Below are positions 51,001 to 64,000 of a stretch of DNA of 64,000 nt, piece by piece (position 1 is the first letter of the stretch; the number at the start of each line of letters is the position of its first letter). The notes under the pieces are model-generated. The model was not told where the DNA came from, did not search any database, and was given only the letters and a program-made list of their open reading frames with translations. The stretch is from Azolla caroliniana (lineage: Eukaryota > Plantae > Polypodiophyta): contig JBHGNT010000016.1 in assembly GCA_043228905.1 (NCBI GenBank), positions 11,036,001 to 11,100,000 of the forward strand, given 5' to 3'. The position numbers and the translations under genes are program-made.

Positions 51001-51658
51001 GTTGTCACCCCTGGTGGTGTGTATTTGAAACCCTAGAGTTACCCACAAATCCTTGCGTAGAGGATCGTTTGGAGCGGTTACACAAGATACAACAAATTTA
51101 TCTACTCATCTACAACAAGCTCAACAAACACACAAGGTTTACGCGGATCGTCATCGGATTCCATCCAGTTTTAACACTGGAGATCGAGTATGGCTACTAC
51201 GACGACACATCAAGATGACTCGCCCATGCGAGAAGTTGGATTATCGGTGATTATGTCCTTTCCATATTATCGGAAAGATTAATGATGTCGCTTTTCGTCT
51301 CGATCTACCCCCGCAACTTCGCATACATCCGGTGTTTCATAGTTCTCTCCTCGAACCCTATCAAGATAGCACCATCCCAGGATGTATTCCACAACCTCCA
51401 CCCCCAATCGAACTTGAAGATGGACCTGAGTACGAGGTTGCCGCCATCCTCGATTCCAAGATTCTTCGCAACAAGCTCTACTATTTCGTCGATTGGCTAG
51501 GATATAGTCTCAAGGAGCGTACTTGGGAACCAATAGAGAATGTGACCAATGCTCGTGCTCTTCTTGAAGACTTCCATCGTCAATATCCAGATAAACTGGG
51601 TCCTCAATCCAAAACGACTCGTGACACTCGTCATTTTAAAAGGGGAATAGTGTCATGA
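48072..51658 (+). pseudogene. Chromovirus H pol: protease, RT, RNase H, integrase, chromodomain
   Basis: ALLDSGA; [14 protein letters not shown]...YLDD; EADASDFALG...YEIHDKELLAIV; YHPQTDGQAERTNQ; chromodomain EYEVAAILDSK...YFVDWLGY...TWEP. Confidence 0.93.
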
Positions 51659-54600
51659 TATGGCAAGACTCGAACCCATGACCTTATGTTACATGGGTCG
51701 AGCTCTTGACCATTACACTATCTATTGTAATACATAAGATATTATTTTTATTTAAATTTACTATAGAAAATTAATGTATATTCCAGATTTCTCTAGAACA
51801 TTCTAGAAGCTTCAGGACTTCTCTTGCGAACACTATAAAAGGAGGCACAAGGCATTATTTCGAACCAAATCGGTTCAACGCCAGTCTTAAGCCTCCTAGC
51901 CTTCCTTGTATATTCTTCTCACATAATATATCGCTGTCATCATCATTTTCTCTCCCTCTCACTCTCCCTCTGACTCACTCTCTCTCTCTCTTCACGGAAT
52001 GGGGAAGCTATCTCTTTGATCGAGCCCAATCCTTGCACAAATTTCTCTCATGACCACAATGTGCACTCTCTATTGCAACATTCATTGGTAAAGTTCTTGA
52101 ACATCGAGAGTCACTACTCACCTTCACACGTATCACATGAAATGTAATATTTTTGGTCTCATAGGTCACATTTGACCTCCGAAGACGATAATATAATCTA
52201 TCTATCTATCTCTCCTTCTCTCGAGTGTTCTACACCCTCTGTTCCTCTTAGTACTAATATTCCTCTTTTAGTACTAATTTCTTCTCTATCTCAGTACTAT
52301 TCTTGACACTAGCCTCATCATCTAGAATCGGTTCTTCATCGGGACTTGGGGTCGGTAGGGTGTACCATGATGCCGACTCATCAAACTCGACATCTTGACT
52401 TACTTGTACCTATTTAGCCCGGGGGTTATAGCACTTATACCCCTTTTGCTCATGCGAGTAACCGACTAGGATGCACTTCTCCGACTTCGGATCTAGCTTC
52501 TTCCGATTCTCATCTGGTACATGCACATATGCTATGCTACCGAATACCCGAAGGTGCCTCAAATTCAGCTTCCGTCTGAAATACAGTTCATGTGCTGATG
52601 ACACCTTGTCTCTGATCGGGTTTTGGATGTAGACGGTCGTCCAGACCGCCTCAGCCCAGTAGAATTAGGGCATGCTCTTCTCCTCTAACATCAATCCCTT
52701 GTCGCGTCGACAATCGACCGGTTCTTTCTCTCGGCCACACCGTTTTGTTCCAGTGTGTATCGGAAGCTAAATTCTCTGTGAATTCCGTTCTGCTGCAAAT
52801 ATTGTTGAATTGGCCGGAAAAGTATTCTTTTCCGCTATCTGACCGCAGGCACTTGATCTTCCTCTCCGTTTCCCATTAAACCAAGCTTTTAAGGTTCTGG
52901 AAATAGTCAAAGTCTTCGCTTTTGTTCTCGATGAGGTAGATCCACGTGTCCCGACTGTAGTTGTCGATGAAGGAGAAGAAATACCGACACCCGCCAAGAC
53001 TAACGTTTTGTGCCAATCCCCATACATCCGAATGGATTAGATCGATCTTGTTACAGCTCCGGTTTCGTTTGGTGGGGAAATGGAAGCTGATGTTGCTTCC
53101 CAAGTTGGCAAGCTTCACAAACTTTGGCCTTTCAGCCACTGAATTTCGGCAAACCGAACACAACCTGCTTCGATTGCAAGTCCTGAAGCCTCTGGTAATT
53201 GACGTGGATGATCCGCTTGTGCCAGAGACCGATGTCCAATTCAATCTTCTGTCCTTTGGCAAACATGGTGGTGCCGACGTCATTAGTGTTGAGGATGAAC
53301 ATCCTCCCTTCTTTGCGCCCTTGCACAATTATCCGGCCTTCTTCCTCGATAAAGCACCCGAGGTGCATAAACGCACCTACATCCCCTGGTCGACGATTTG
53401 TCCATCCGACACCATGTTCTTTGTGATAGTCGGAATGTATAGTACGTTCATCAGCTTCCCCTTTTGTCCGACATGGCTTAAAGGGACTTCTCCGACATGC
53501 ACAATCAAGTGAGGGGTGTCGTCTCCGGTTTCAACAATCCCCAGTTGTTCTGGCTTCTCCAAAAAAGAGAATCACTCTTCATGGCTCGTCATGTGGTTGG
53601 ACGCTCCGGAATTAACGTACCATACTTCCTTCGATTTGGACGTAGCCTTCTTCATCGAGTTAGCTTTGTGCTTCATCACGAAGGCCGACCCTTTACCGGT
53701 CTTCCCGGTTCCAAATCCTTCTGATCCTTCCGCGTAGTGCGAGCTTTGCAGGTTTTCTTGACCGGCTTTGCCAGATCCAGATTTGTCCGAATTGGCGCGC
53801 TATTTCCAACGCTCACTTTCCTTGTGGCCCTTTTTGCCACAGTACCAACATTCCGTGTCGGCTTTTACTTTTCGACTCCCCCTGCCTGTGGAGGGTTCAG
53901 AACTTTTGTCGGCACCATCTCTGTGCCTTCAGTTCTGCTCTTGCCAGCCACCTCCATTGCTCTTGTCAACCCACCTCATCCACCATGTCCATGGGGCCGA
54001 TCTGTCTCCATGTACAACATCCGACTGTCCGATTGAGTGGTCCTCAACACACTCACATGGTTTTCTTCAATCATTAGCATCGATTGCAAGTCGAAGAAAG
54101 TCGGTGGTTTCTCCCGAGTGCAGATCGTTGTCCGGATTGGCCCGTACCTTTGCGCTAGACCACCGAGGCAAATTTGTACCATCTCGTCTTCGTCCACCGT
54201 CACGTTGATGGACCCGAGCGCGTCACAAATCTCCTTTATTTTGATGTTGTAATCTGTAACCGACATGTCTCTTTACCGGATGTTGTTCAGCTCTTGCTGG
54301 ACCTGCAGCTTACGAGCTGTGGTACTCGCGGCAAAAATCTTCCTCAGATTTCCCTAGGCCTCCTCCGGTGTTTTTGCATTCTTTATGTAGCTGACGATCT
54401 GGTCATGCACATAGGACGCGAGGCAGTACAATACTCGGCTCACTCCTTGCTCCCATACCGGGAATTCCTCGTGTGTCGGCTCCGACGTTACCTCATTCGT
54501 TCCTTCCACGAAGCTCCAATATCCATGCATCTTGTATGACCAAGACGCGTAGTTGCTCTGGTCAAGCTTCTTTGTTGGAAGTGAACTCATCATTCCTCTG

Positions 54601-54699
54601 TTCGTATCTTCTCTCTATCTGTTGTTACCAGGTTCTAGGGTTCATCTATGAAAGCGAGTGTCGGCTGCAGAGGTTCTCAATCCTCGCGCTCTAATACCA

Positions 54700-55143
54700 T
54701 GTGAATGTTAACGTGCGGAAGCGTTAGATAGAACCGGCTCAGCCGGATAGCAACAGAGAATAAGATGAAGGTTTAATGGAAAAGCTTAATACACAGAGAG
54801 TATACGCGGGAGAGAGACAGAGATAGTAGAACGTAAACGTAAATTCAAAAATAATAAAAACACTCTGTAAACTATGTACATACAATGTGCTTACACAACA
54901 CTATTTATACAAGTCCTCAGAAGGACTGACAGAAGTACAATGTACTTCAATGTTCCTACGTGTGACTGACGCTAACTACGAGACAATGATTACCTAGTAG
55001 TATAGGCTACTACTAGGCTTCCGGTTCATGCTGGAATCCGGCTCTCTGATCCGTCTCCCCGATCTAGCCGGTTGTTTCCGGATACCGATCCGGCTCAGGT
55101 TTATTCAGCTGATCCGGATCCGGTTGAGCTTGCTTGCTCAACA
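54700..55143 (-). repeat. Copia A 5' LTR
   Basis: Pairs with 9845-10303 and is adjacent to the PBS. Confidence 0.92.
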
Positions 55144-55615
55144 ATACTTCGATACAGAGGTCTTGCAGCAGCCACCAAAGGCAAATGGCTTCATAGGTTG
55201 TGACGGTAGTGCCCGAATACTCAACCTCAGTGCTCGAGAGCCACTATCGGTTGCTTCTTGCTGCTCCACACTACAGCCGTGCACCCTAGAGAAAACATAA
55301 AACCGGATGTTAACCGACGATCTGACACATCACCAGGCCAGTTGGCATTTGTATAATCAACTAACTTTTAGGTTATACCGTGTCGGTACAACAGTCCCGG
55401 ATCCTTAGTGTCACTCACATACCTCAATAGTCGATGCACGCACTTAAGGTGCTCGACGGTTGGTTTATGCATGAATTGGTTGATCACCCAGACCGGATAG
55501 CTGATGTCGGGTCAGGTGATTGTCAAGTATATAAGGCTTCTAACAATTTGTCGGAACCTTAAGTTACATCCGGAGGCCAGTCCAGAGTCGGGATGTAACT
55601 TGAGGTTCCAGTCTA
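55144..55615 (-). mobile_element. Old Copia Z, right part (RNase H N-terminus and RT C-terminus)
   Basis: Homologous to 35960-36440; continuation of 9613-9844. Confidence 0.82.
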
Positions 55616-56465
55616 AACACGTTCGCGTTCACAAGTGGAAGGATTGCGCACAAATGGAAGGATAAGGAATATTCCATTTGATTATTGGGTGGTTTTAGCC
55701 ATTTCACAAAACACCTTGAAACCAGTATCACATGTTCTCAAAAACTTGATGAAAAAGCTAAAATTTTCATCATTTGGTAAAATTGAAAAATGTCAAATTT
55801 TGGCCAAATACGAAAAGTAACTTTGTGTATTTTGAAGGAGAAATTACAACTAGTAGTATTTTAGATCCTAACGAAATCATGCGCGAAAGATTTCAAAACA
55901 ATCAACTTTTTAATTTCATTCTATAAAATATTGTCTAAATTTGTTACATATCGTTGCAAAAAAAATACATTTAGGAGTTATTTGCATCACTATCATCATT
56001 CCTTTCATGAGAATCACTACTCTAGCTAATATACATTTGTGACTCTTCCTCCTCATTTTCAAATGTACCAATCAAATCATTGTCTTCGCCAAATGGTGTC
56101 TCCAAACTATGTGCACTAAATCTTGTTAGCCTTCAATCTGAGATATCTTCTAGACTTGGTAATATCTCTTTTATTATGTCTATCGTTGTCGTCCTTAAAC
56201 ATCCAACTTTTGTTAGTGTAAAGTCATACACAATGATATCCACCTCATTAATGTCAATGATAGATATAATACAAAAGTTTAATGCATCACAACGTCCAAA
56301 ACTTTACCAATGCAGAATTGGTGCCCTAGGTCATGACCATCTACACGTGTAGTTATTAATATCCCCACCTTGAGTTCTTGCAAGTTTCTTTGTCACCTGA
56401 GTTATGCACGTGTTGTCATTCTTAGTTCCACATAAATGTTTTTCTGTTGTAGATGAACCAAACTA

Positions 56466-57790
56466 TGAGTGGGTGTACAAGGTAAAGTATAATGTTGACG
56501 GTTCAGTCAACCGGTACAAGGCCCAGTTAGTGGCCAAGGGCTACGCGCAGACCCACTGAATCGATTATGACGAGACCTTCACTCCAATAGCGAAGATGGC
56601 AGATTGTCGACCAGTCTCCACACCCCCGGACCGCAATCTAAAGCTTTGTCTCGACTTTAGACCGGCCTGCAATGAGAAACGGTTCCGTCAAATTGTCAGA
56701 AGCCTTATTTATTTGACGATCACCCGACCCGACATTAGTTATCGATGCAGAAACCAACTGTGGAGCACCTTTAGTGCGCGCACCAAATACTGAGGTATGT
56801 TAGCAGCAGCAATTAGTCAATTCATGTAGAAGCCAACCATGGAGCACCTTCAGTGTGTGCACCGAATACTGAGTTAGCGGCACCAAGGACCGGGGATTGT
56901 TATACTGACATGGTATAACCAAAAAGCTAGTCGGCTATACGGATGTCGATTGGGCCGGTGATGCGTCGGATCTCGGTCCACTTCCGGTTACATGTTCTCT
57001 CTAGGCCGGAGAGAAGGAAACAACCGAGATAGGGGGAGACAAGAAGAAGAAGGAAATCGAGTCGACTGAAGAAGTCGGTATATCCACACAAGTCAGAACA
57101 AGCGGTGACGGTGGCAGAGTCAAGGACAAAGCCAATCGGAAGGAGAAGGCCAAGACCCGAACGTGGTCTGATGTTGTGAAGAGCCTGAAGATTGAGGACG
57201 AATTGGAGACAGCCAATTCGGACAAGAGTTGGAACGAATCGGAGGCACCTGATTCGAAAGAGGTGTTTGATTTGGAGGAACCAGATCAACTGAAGGCCAA
57301 GCGGATGAGTGGGTAGCGGAAGTCGACACTGACACGGAGGAACCAGAAGCACCGAAGTCGCAACAACGAAGGAGCTGGGATGGGCTTGTTGAGCATACAT
57401 CCTGACGAAGAAGGTCGAGACACGTGGAACCGGACGGGTCGAGGAACACGAACAAGGCGAGAAGAAGCCGACTGCAAGGTTCGGCAGACACTAACTCAAC
57501 AATCCGACCTCAAGTTGAGCTTGAGGAGGAGTGTTGAGCGGACAAGCTCAACCGGATCCGGATCTGCTGAATAAGCTCGAGCCAGATCGGTATCCAGAAC
57601 CAAGAGCTGGATCGGAGACACGGATCGGATTGTAACCGGTAGGCCGTTAGAGGTCTACAATCTTAGCCGAGTACGTAGGTAGATTCATTGGCGTTAGTAT
57701 AAGTCACTCGTATGAGCATTGAAGCACTCGTCAATACTTCTGTCAGTCGTTTTAAGGACTTGTATAAAAAGTGTTCTGTAGCTTCTGCAC
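56466..57790 (+). mobile_element. Internally deleted Copia remnant of the A family (RT pieces, 3' extension, PPT, truncated 3' LTR from 57532)
   Basis: WVYKVKYN...; RFRQIVRSLIYLTITRPD; PPT ttgaggaggag followed by TGTTGAGC. Several internal deletions. Confidence 0.82.
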
Positions 57791-59756
57791 ATTACTTTTT
57801 ACACGTTTAAATCTCTTTAATACTTTCCAATGTATAAGTCTAGGGTCTTCATAAGCCGTGAAAGTATTCCATGATCCAAGCATAAATGAGTATAACTAAC
57901 ACGAAGCATTTTGTATTGTTCTTTTGTTTGGAGCATCTTCAATTAACAATTTGCAAAGTGCCAAGTAACAATTGTTTGGGAGATCAGGTACGAAGCGACG
58001 ACGGTCCGAGTAAGCCTTTAACCGGTTTGGCCTTGTTCAAACCAAACCTATTAAGCCTTAACGGGTTTGTAAGTTTTCAAACTTGAACCAAACCGGTTAA
58101 GGCTTAGCCAATTAAGCGTAAACCAAACGGGTTTGGGAAGTTCAAGCTTCACCCGAGCCAAACTGAACTGCCAGACCATTTAAAACGGTTTAAGAGCTCA
58201 GTTTAGACTTGAGCCGAGCCCTTGCTGACTTCTAGAATCAGGTAAAGAGTTTGAACTTTAAAAGTGTTTTGGATGGAATTAAGGTTGAGAGAATTAATTG
58301 ATGACGGAATGGTCTTATTGATTTTATTAAATTAACTAAATTTGAACAACCTTTTGATATTTTAAAGAAAACAATGTCTTCTATTCTTCTTTAGTGTTTG
58401 ATATTTTTAGTCTTCTGTATTTGATCATCGTGTGACAGATTTTCGTAACGCATAGAAGCATCCATAGCCTAGTAAAAATAGGATATACAAGAGGTGGAGA
58501 TACAGGTACCGAGTTTGGGAGACATGGAAGATGGAGCATGCAGATTGTTGGTTTTGATGTCCAGGAGAATATAGAATGGAACACAATTCTTTTGCTGTAG
58601 AGGTTGATGTACTACTGTTAGATGGCAAAGACACGTTGACGGTCAGCTGGTTTGTGACAACTTCAAGGCATCATATTGATGGTCGGTTTCTAATGTTCAA
58701 CTACAAAATATGCTACAGATGATGTAGCCTTTGGAGTTCTATCAGATGATCTGGTGTCATCAGGTGACTATAATCGAGTGCTTCTTTTTGGCTTGTCGTT
58801 ATGGAGAAGTGGCAACTCACAGGATGGGTAAAGATTGTTTGGATCTCCCAAAAATCCCATTCACATCATATATATTTTTTATTGCCTTCATTTTCTCCCA
58901 AATCTTATTTGATGTGTCGTGTTAGCTGACCCATTTTCCTTGTTTAACGTTGCCAAGTAAAGTAACTCCAGGTCCTTTTGTCTTCCCAAGCGGTTTGGTC
59001 GTTGCATCCAACGACCAAGAGTTCGTAATGTCTGAATTTAAATAAATATTCTAGATATTGTTTGGTTTTTGTTAGACAATGTAACAAAAGTTTGTGGGTA
59101 TTTTCTTAGGATTACTTAAAAGCATGTGTGAAGAACGGCCTATCCAACTTAGCAGCACGTGACATACATGGTATGTATGGTGAATCACGAGAGAATTCTA
59201 TATAATTATTAATAATAATAAAAACTTCTAGATTATTCCTGAATGTGATAATGGCCGAGTTTGCTTTAATTTTATTTATATAATATGTATGGCTCTCAAA
59301 AAAATCCCCAGGTAGAGAGAAGTGCGCTGCGGATGTTAGTGATATTACACTGATGTGTACAAAAGAAGTAAGAGGATGATGAGAGAGGTTAAGAATGGGA
59401 GGGAAAAGGTTAAAGTGCATTGATAGACTTGTATGTAGCTGCAGCCACCATATTACATATTATGTGATGATGGTGGGTGGGTGTGTATATATGTATTGGA
59501 CTACGATTGGCGCATATCCTACCCAAACATATATATATATATATATATATATATCATTAATTAGTCGGGCGGTAAAAGGAAAGTAAGGCTTCCATTTCCA
59601 TTTAATTAGTTAGTCACCGGGTAGTGTCTGGCAGTTGGAAAAATTATTGATGTGGATGGATGTCGTGGACGACGACGACGACGATTGTTGTTAGAGCAGT
59701 TTGCAGTACAAGAAGAAGAAGAAGAAGTATCATCATGAATCCGTAGTCATGTGGAT

Positions 59757-61323
59757 TCATGGATCCCCCGTCATCTCTAGTTCTCTCTGTCGGTGAGAGT
59801 AGTGAGTGGGGTGTGGGTGTGTGAGAGTAGTGAGTGGGTGGAAGAAGAGGAGGGACCAACTCCTGACGGTGGAATCCATGGCCCCACTGTTGACGACGCA
59901 ATGCCTGGTAGACGCAACCTTGAGACACAGGCTGCGCACCGGCCCACCATGGCCTTCCAGCACCGCCATACACGCCATGTACTGGCCATCGCCATCGCCA
60001 TCGCCATCGCCTTCCCTTTTCCACACACGAATGGTCTTGTCCGCGGATCCACTACAAACCAAGGGTCCAGCCGCCGCCAAGCACAACACCGCCTGCCTGT
60101 GCCCTCTCAGTTCCGCCCACTTCCGCCACCTAACGCCAACACCAAGGTTTGCTGCATTCCTACCAATACTCTGATGATTGGTAGCTGGCCCGGCTAATCC
60201 AGGCGGCCGCCACACATTGATCTTGCAATCCGACCCGGCTGTGTACACCATGCTTCCATCGCCGCTCATCACCATCGCATTCACTGCCGCATTGTGGGCG
60301 TCGTCTATCCTCCACATCAGCACTCTACGTTCCCCAATCTTCTTCCACCCCTTTATCGTCTTGTCTGCCGATGCTGTGTACAGAATCTCGTTCTCCATGC
60401 CTATCATCATATCGTTCACGGCATCTTCGTGGGCTTTGATTGATTGTATACACTTCATCTTCGAGAGCTTCCACACCTTCACCGTCCTGTCCCACGAGCC
60501 CGAATACAAGAGGCTCCCGTCCGGCTCCACCACTAAGCTCGTGATGGTATCCACGTGCTGAATCCATAGACGGCTGTAATGGCGCCTGAACTGCACGTAA
60601 TTCTTCTCACTTGCAATGGAGTTGATGAGGAAATCCTTAGCAGAGGGCAATGTTCCCAAGAGTTTATAACTATAACTGCTGGAGCCCGGCTTGGATGAGA
60701 TTCGTCTCATTATATTATAAGGTTTCGCAGAAACGGTGGAATCAACGGCTCCCATAGGGCGCCGCCACACACGTATTTGGTGGTCGAGGTGGGCGGTGAA
60801 GACGAAATGTAAGGAAACCAGGAGGGCAGAGACGTGTGCGGAGCCGACCCCAAAGCGATGGTGAACCTCCGAAAGTGAGGAGTGGGAAGAGACGGAGATG
60901 TGAGGGGAAGAGGAGGAGGCAGAGAAGAGCAGGTCGCCGAAGAGGAAAAGAGAAGAAGGGTTATGGCGGCCGCCAGGGAAGAGGGAGGAGGAGGAGGAGG
61001 AGGAGTAAGCGGAAGAAGAGGCGAGGAGGGGAACGTTGAGAGAGAAAGGGGAGGCAGGAGAGGTGATGGTGTACAGAGATGAATGTGCAGGGGAGACGAC
61101 GAGGACAGGACTCATATGACTACTACTACTAGTAGTTGTAGTAGTAGTAGTAGTAGGAATAGGAGTAGGAGTAGGAGAGGAGGCAGGCGGAGGAGGAGGT
61201 GGCGGCGCTGGTTCTCCTCCTCCTCTTCCTCCTCCGGCTCTTAGTAAGGACCGTAATGATGTAGCCGAGTGCTTATGATGGGGAGCGGCGGTGGGAGAAG
61301 AGGTGGTGGTGCTATTAACTTTG

Positions 61324-61363
<40 letters not shown>

Positions 61364-61451
61364 TGTGGGTGGGAAGGGCCGTGGGGACGCTCTTCAGATG
61401 TGTATGGCCCTGTAAGACAGTGGCAGGAGAAGGAAAGGAGGTATCAAAATG

Positions 61452-61498
<47 letters not shown>

Positions 61499-61636
61499 AA
61501 TCATGCGATTGATATAGCGAAGACCCGGGGGCGATGGCGGATTCGGCACCACCACCACTGTCTGTTACCTTGCCGCCGCCAGGATTTATGATTTGTTGGT
61601 GAGGCCGTAAGAAACAATTCCACAAGGGGCTATACA

Positions 61637-61637
<1 letters not shown>
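59757..61637 (-). CDS. Intronless WD40-repeat protein, JINGUBANG/REN4-like family (626 aa from the ATG at 61637)
   Basis: Open ORF with the family-typical NYVQFRRH..RLWIQHVD and WD repeats LLYSGSWDRTVKVW, AHEDAVN...LYTASADKTIKGW, VCSGSADKTIRVW, GHGGPVRSL...SGAMDSTVRSW. Low-complexity N-terminus. Confidence 0.9.

Positions 61638-61640
<3 letters not shown>

Positions 61641-61670
<30 letters not shown>
61641..61670. repeat. (GA/CT)n microsatellite in the presumed 5' UTR of the WD40 gene
   Basis: About 15 GA units immediately upstream of the ATG. Confidence 0.85.
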
Positions 61671-61676
<6 letters not shown>

Positions 61677-64000
61677 AGACGGATCGGTAGAGGGAGGCCA
61701 ACGCGTTCGATAAATTAACAAGTTGCAGGCATATGAATGATTTATTTATATCTAGATATAAATTGGATTCAAGAGATATATGTACTGTGTACATATATAT
61801 ATACATATATGTTTGTGGAGAGAGAGAGAGAGTTGTGTGTGTATGTGTGTATGTATATGTATGTATGTATTTATGTTCACACTGTACTAAAACGTGTGCT
61901 TCAGCTTTGTGGACGCTGTTACATGCTGACACGGTCAGGCCAGTCCGTCTTCTGTATGAATGGATGGATGTATCATCGTTTTTTCAAGCCTTCCACACTA
62001 CTAATACTACACTACCACTACATACGTACCAAACTACGTTTCGTTTTGTTGCTACAAAAGTCCACCTTTCATTCACACGCAGAAAGTGAGAATTTGTGCT
62101 CCTTCAGCTTCACAAGCAAGGTATGGTGTCCCGGGAAAGTGACCTAGAGGTGGAGAATCGAGATTATCTAGCGTCTTTTCTTCTCTTTCTAGCCTCACAA
62201 ATAGGCAGTTTTGTTGAAGGATGCCTGAATGTGCCAATCAATATCTTGTTATGCCACATTCTATGTGTTTACCATTTACGCTTTTTAGTTCACTTTGTAG
62301 AGCATTCTTGTGTATATTAAAATAACAACATGACAATGCTACAAAACCATGATCTTCCGACCATAATGTCAATCTTATAGCAACTAAAACCCTCGAGTAG
62401 TAAAAACGTTTCAACATATCGTAGTTGCAAAAAGTATTGAATCAATGTTCCATTTAGGATTACATATGTGTGCCAGTCCATAGAGCCCATTAAATTAAAG
62501 CCTATTTCTAATTCTCAAATTATGGCATAGACCCCAACACCTGAGTAATCAAGCTTTGCCTTGTACGATGTTGGATGAGACAAAACACAATTATCCTAGT
62601 TAAGGATGCTAAAAGTTATGGCATAACCACCTAAATGTCTTTAGCAACCAAGCATATAACGAAACTATGCATGACATTATCCAGATTCACTATCTAGAAA
62701 AAGACACTTGTCCCATTATAAATGTATCGGTATTTTAAAGCCACCTCAAACTTCATTCCTAGAAGAGAGAGAGAGAGAGTAAGTGTTGAATTATAACCAA
62801 TTCTGAACCATTAGATGGTTCTGCACATTCACTACAGCCATCATGAGGCTCTATTCCTCGTTTTACTATGGTAGATATAAACCGTTTCCATAAAATAACA
62901 TATTATCTCCTTCTGATTCCTGATATCAAGAGTTCCTACACAATCTCTCATTCACTCCCTCCCCCCGGGGCCCCCATGATTGTAACTAATCTCCTCTATA
63001 TGTTGAAAAGATCCCTCCCTCTCTTCTCTTTCCTAATCCTATCCTCTAGTTATCTTCACCTTTTATGTGATTTGTCCTAGTATTCAATTAATTTGTCCTC
63101 ATATTCAATGATTGGAGCCAATCAATCGAAGGACAAAAGCATTTGACTATGGATAGCATAAAACCATTGGGATACGAAACTTAATGGACTACATCATTTG
63201 AGAATATTCAATGCCTCTTACTATTTCACCAGGTATCGGGACAATTTGCAGTTATCACTTTTCACCTCCAAGGTTCTAATATTCAAAACAACCCCAAGAA
63301 TCACATAAAACCCCCATATTGGATTCTTACAAGCGTGGCTCCAAAAGGAATCTTTTTTTCTCCTTGTATGACAATACATACATTAATGTGGCTTCCACCA
63401 ATACATATGTATATGTTTATGTGGGGATGAGGTAAAGGGACCAATAAAACAAGGTGAAAATGGTAAATACCCTAAACCCTTTTAATATTAACTTGTGCAT
63501 CTCATCATGAATTTCTGATGATGAGAGAAGAGAGAATAATTAACAATGTAAATATGATTACTTGTCGAGGGGTGGTTTCACAAGAAACAAAAAGAACAAA
63601 TAAATACATGATCCAGATTGTTAATACGAAGGGATATTAGGGCTTGTTTATTATTTTCAATCCATGTTATAGTTTTTGTCGAGATTTTAGAGTACTTTCA
63701 TCACGTTTTTGTATTACAATTTTGAAATCATATATATTTGGCCTATTTGTTTGCAAAACAAACCAATTATTACTAGGGTTAGTAGTTAACCACTTGCAAC
63801 TTTGCATCATAATGAAGTTTGAGATGAAAATCGTGTCTACAAAAATCTGGCAAGGATAAAATCTGAATTTCGAAATTTAGAGCTAGAGACATGTAGGGAC
63901 AAACAAGAAGTTTATAAAATGCATTTTGTTGATTTGTTGTAATGTTTATATTGCACAAATATAATTGGCCTAGGTAGATGTTCTACAACCATGAATTTAG

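Larger units (their letters stand above)
45876..52308 (+). mobile_element. Full-length Ty3/Gypsy chromovirus H (Tcn1-like), inserted in A
   Basis: 658-bp LTRs 45876-46533 and 51651-52308 (TGTCA...TGACA); TSD CTAAC/CTAGC; PPT aaaaggggaatag 51638-51650. Confidence 0.95.
9845..55143 (-). mobile_element. Copia element A, outer shell of the nest (own sequence: 9845-11636, 43428-44387, 45561-45875, 52309-55143)
   Basis: LTRs 9845-10303 and 54700-55143; TSD GTACT/ATACT; PPT from 10304; PBS gctctaatacca 54688-54699. gag from 54593, integrase about 52400-53100, RT (LLYVDD) 43430-44200, RNase H about 11000-11400. All pseudogenised. Confidence 0.9.

Noticed and set aside
58005-58225. AAACC/GGTTT-rich MITE-like patch
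   Set aside because: No clear terminal inverted repeats or TSD could be defined.
61638-61721. 28-aa N-terminal extension of the WD40 ORF in the ORF track
   Set aside because: Starts at a non-ATG codon and runs through the (CT)n tract; more likely 5' UTR.
61733-62147. ORFs upstream of the WD40 gene
   Set aside because: Translations of (TA)n, (GA)n and (TG)n simple repeats in the promoter region.

Overview
Eukaryotic, land-plant-type DNA; the retroelement lineages suggest a non-seed plant (inference). About 58 kb is a dense nest of decayed LTR retrotransposons, followed by one intact, intronless host gene for a JINGUBANG-like WD40 protein (59757-61637, minus). The nest can be rebuilt from LTR pairs and target-site duplications (TSDs). 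An old Copia (Z) is split by Copia A (9845-55143). A contains a non-chromovirus Gypsy B (11637-43427), a solo LTR G (44388-45560) and a chromovirus H (45876-52308). B contains Copia C, D and F; D contains a Tnt1-like Copia E; H contains a 272-bp MITE. Signals read directly from the sequence: (1) H lacks a tRNA primer-binding site (PBS) but carries a 12-nt complement to its predicted transcript 5' end, as in Tf1-style self-priming; (2) an antisense tRNA-like A/B-box module at the outer end of two LTR families; (3) candidate -1 frameshift cassettes in both Gypsy elements, placed after the protease in B; (4) a tRNA-Trp PBS and 4-bp TSD for B; (5) a Copia family with two polypurine tracts (PPTs) flanking a charged Pol extension; (6) an apparently recombinant Copia copy F. 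All coordinates were counted by eye and no database search was run.
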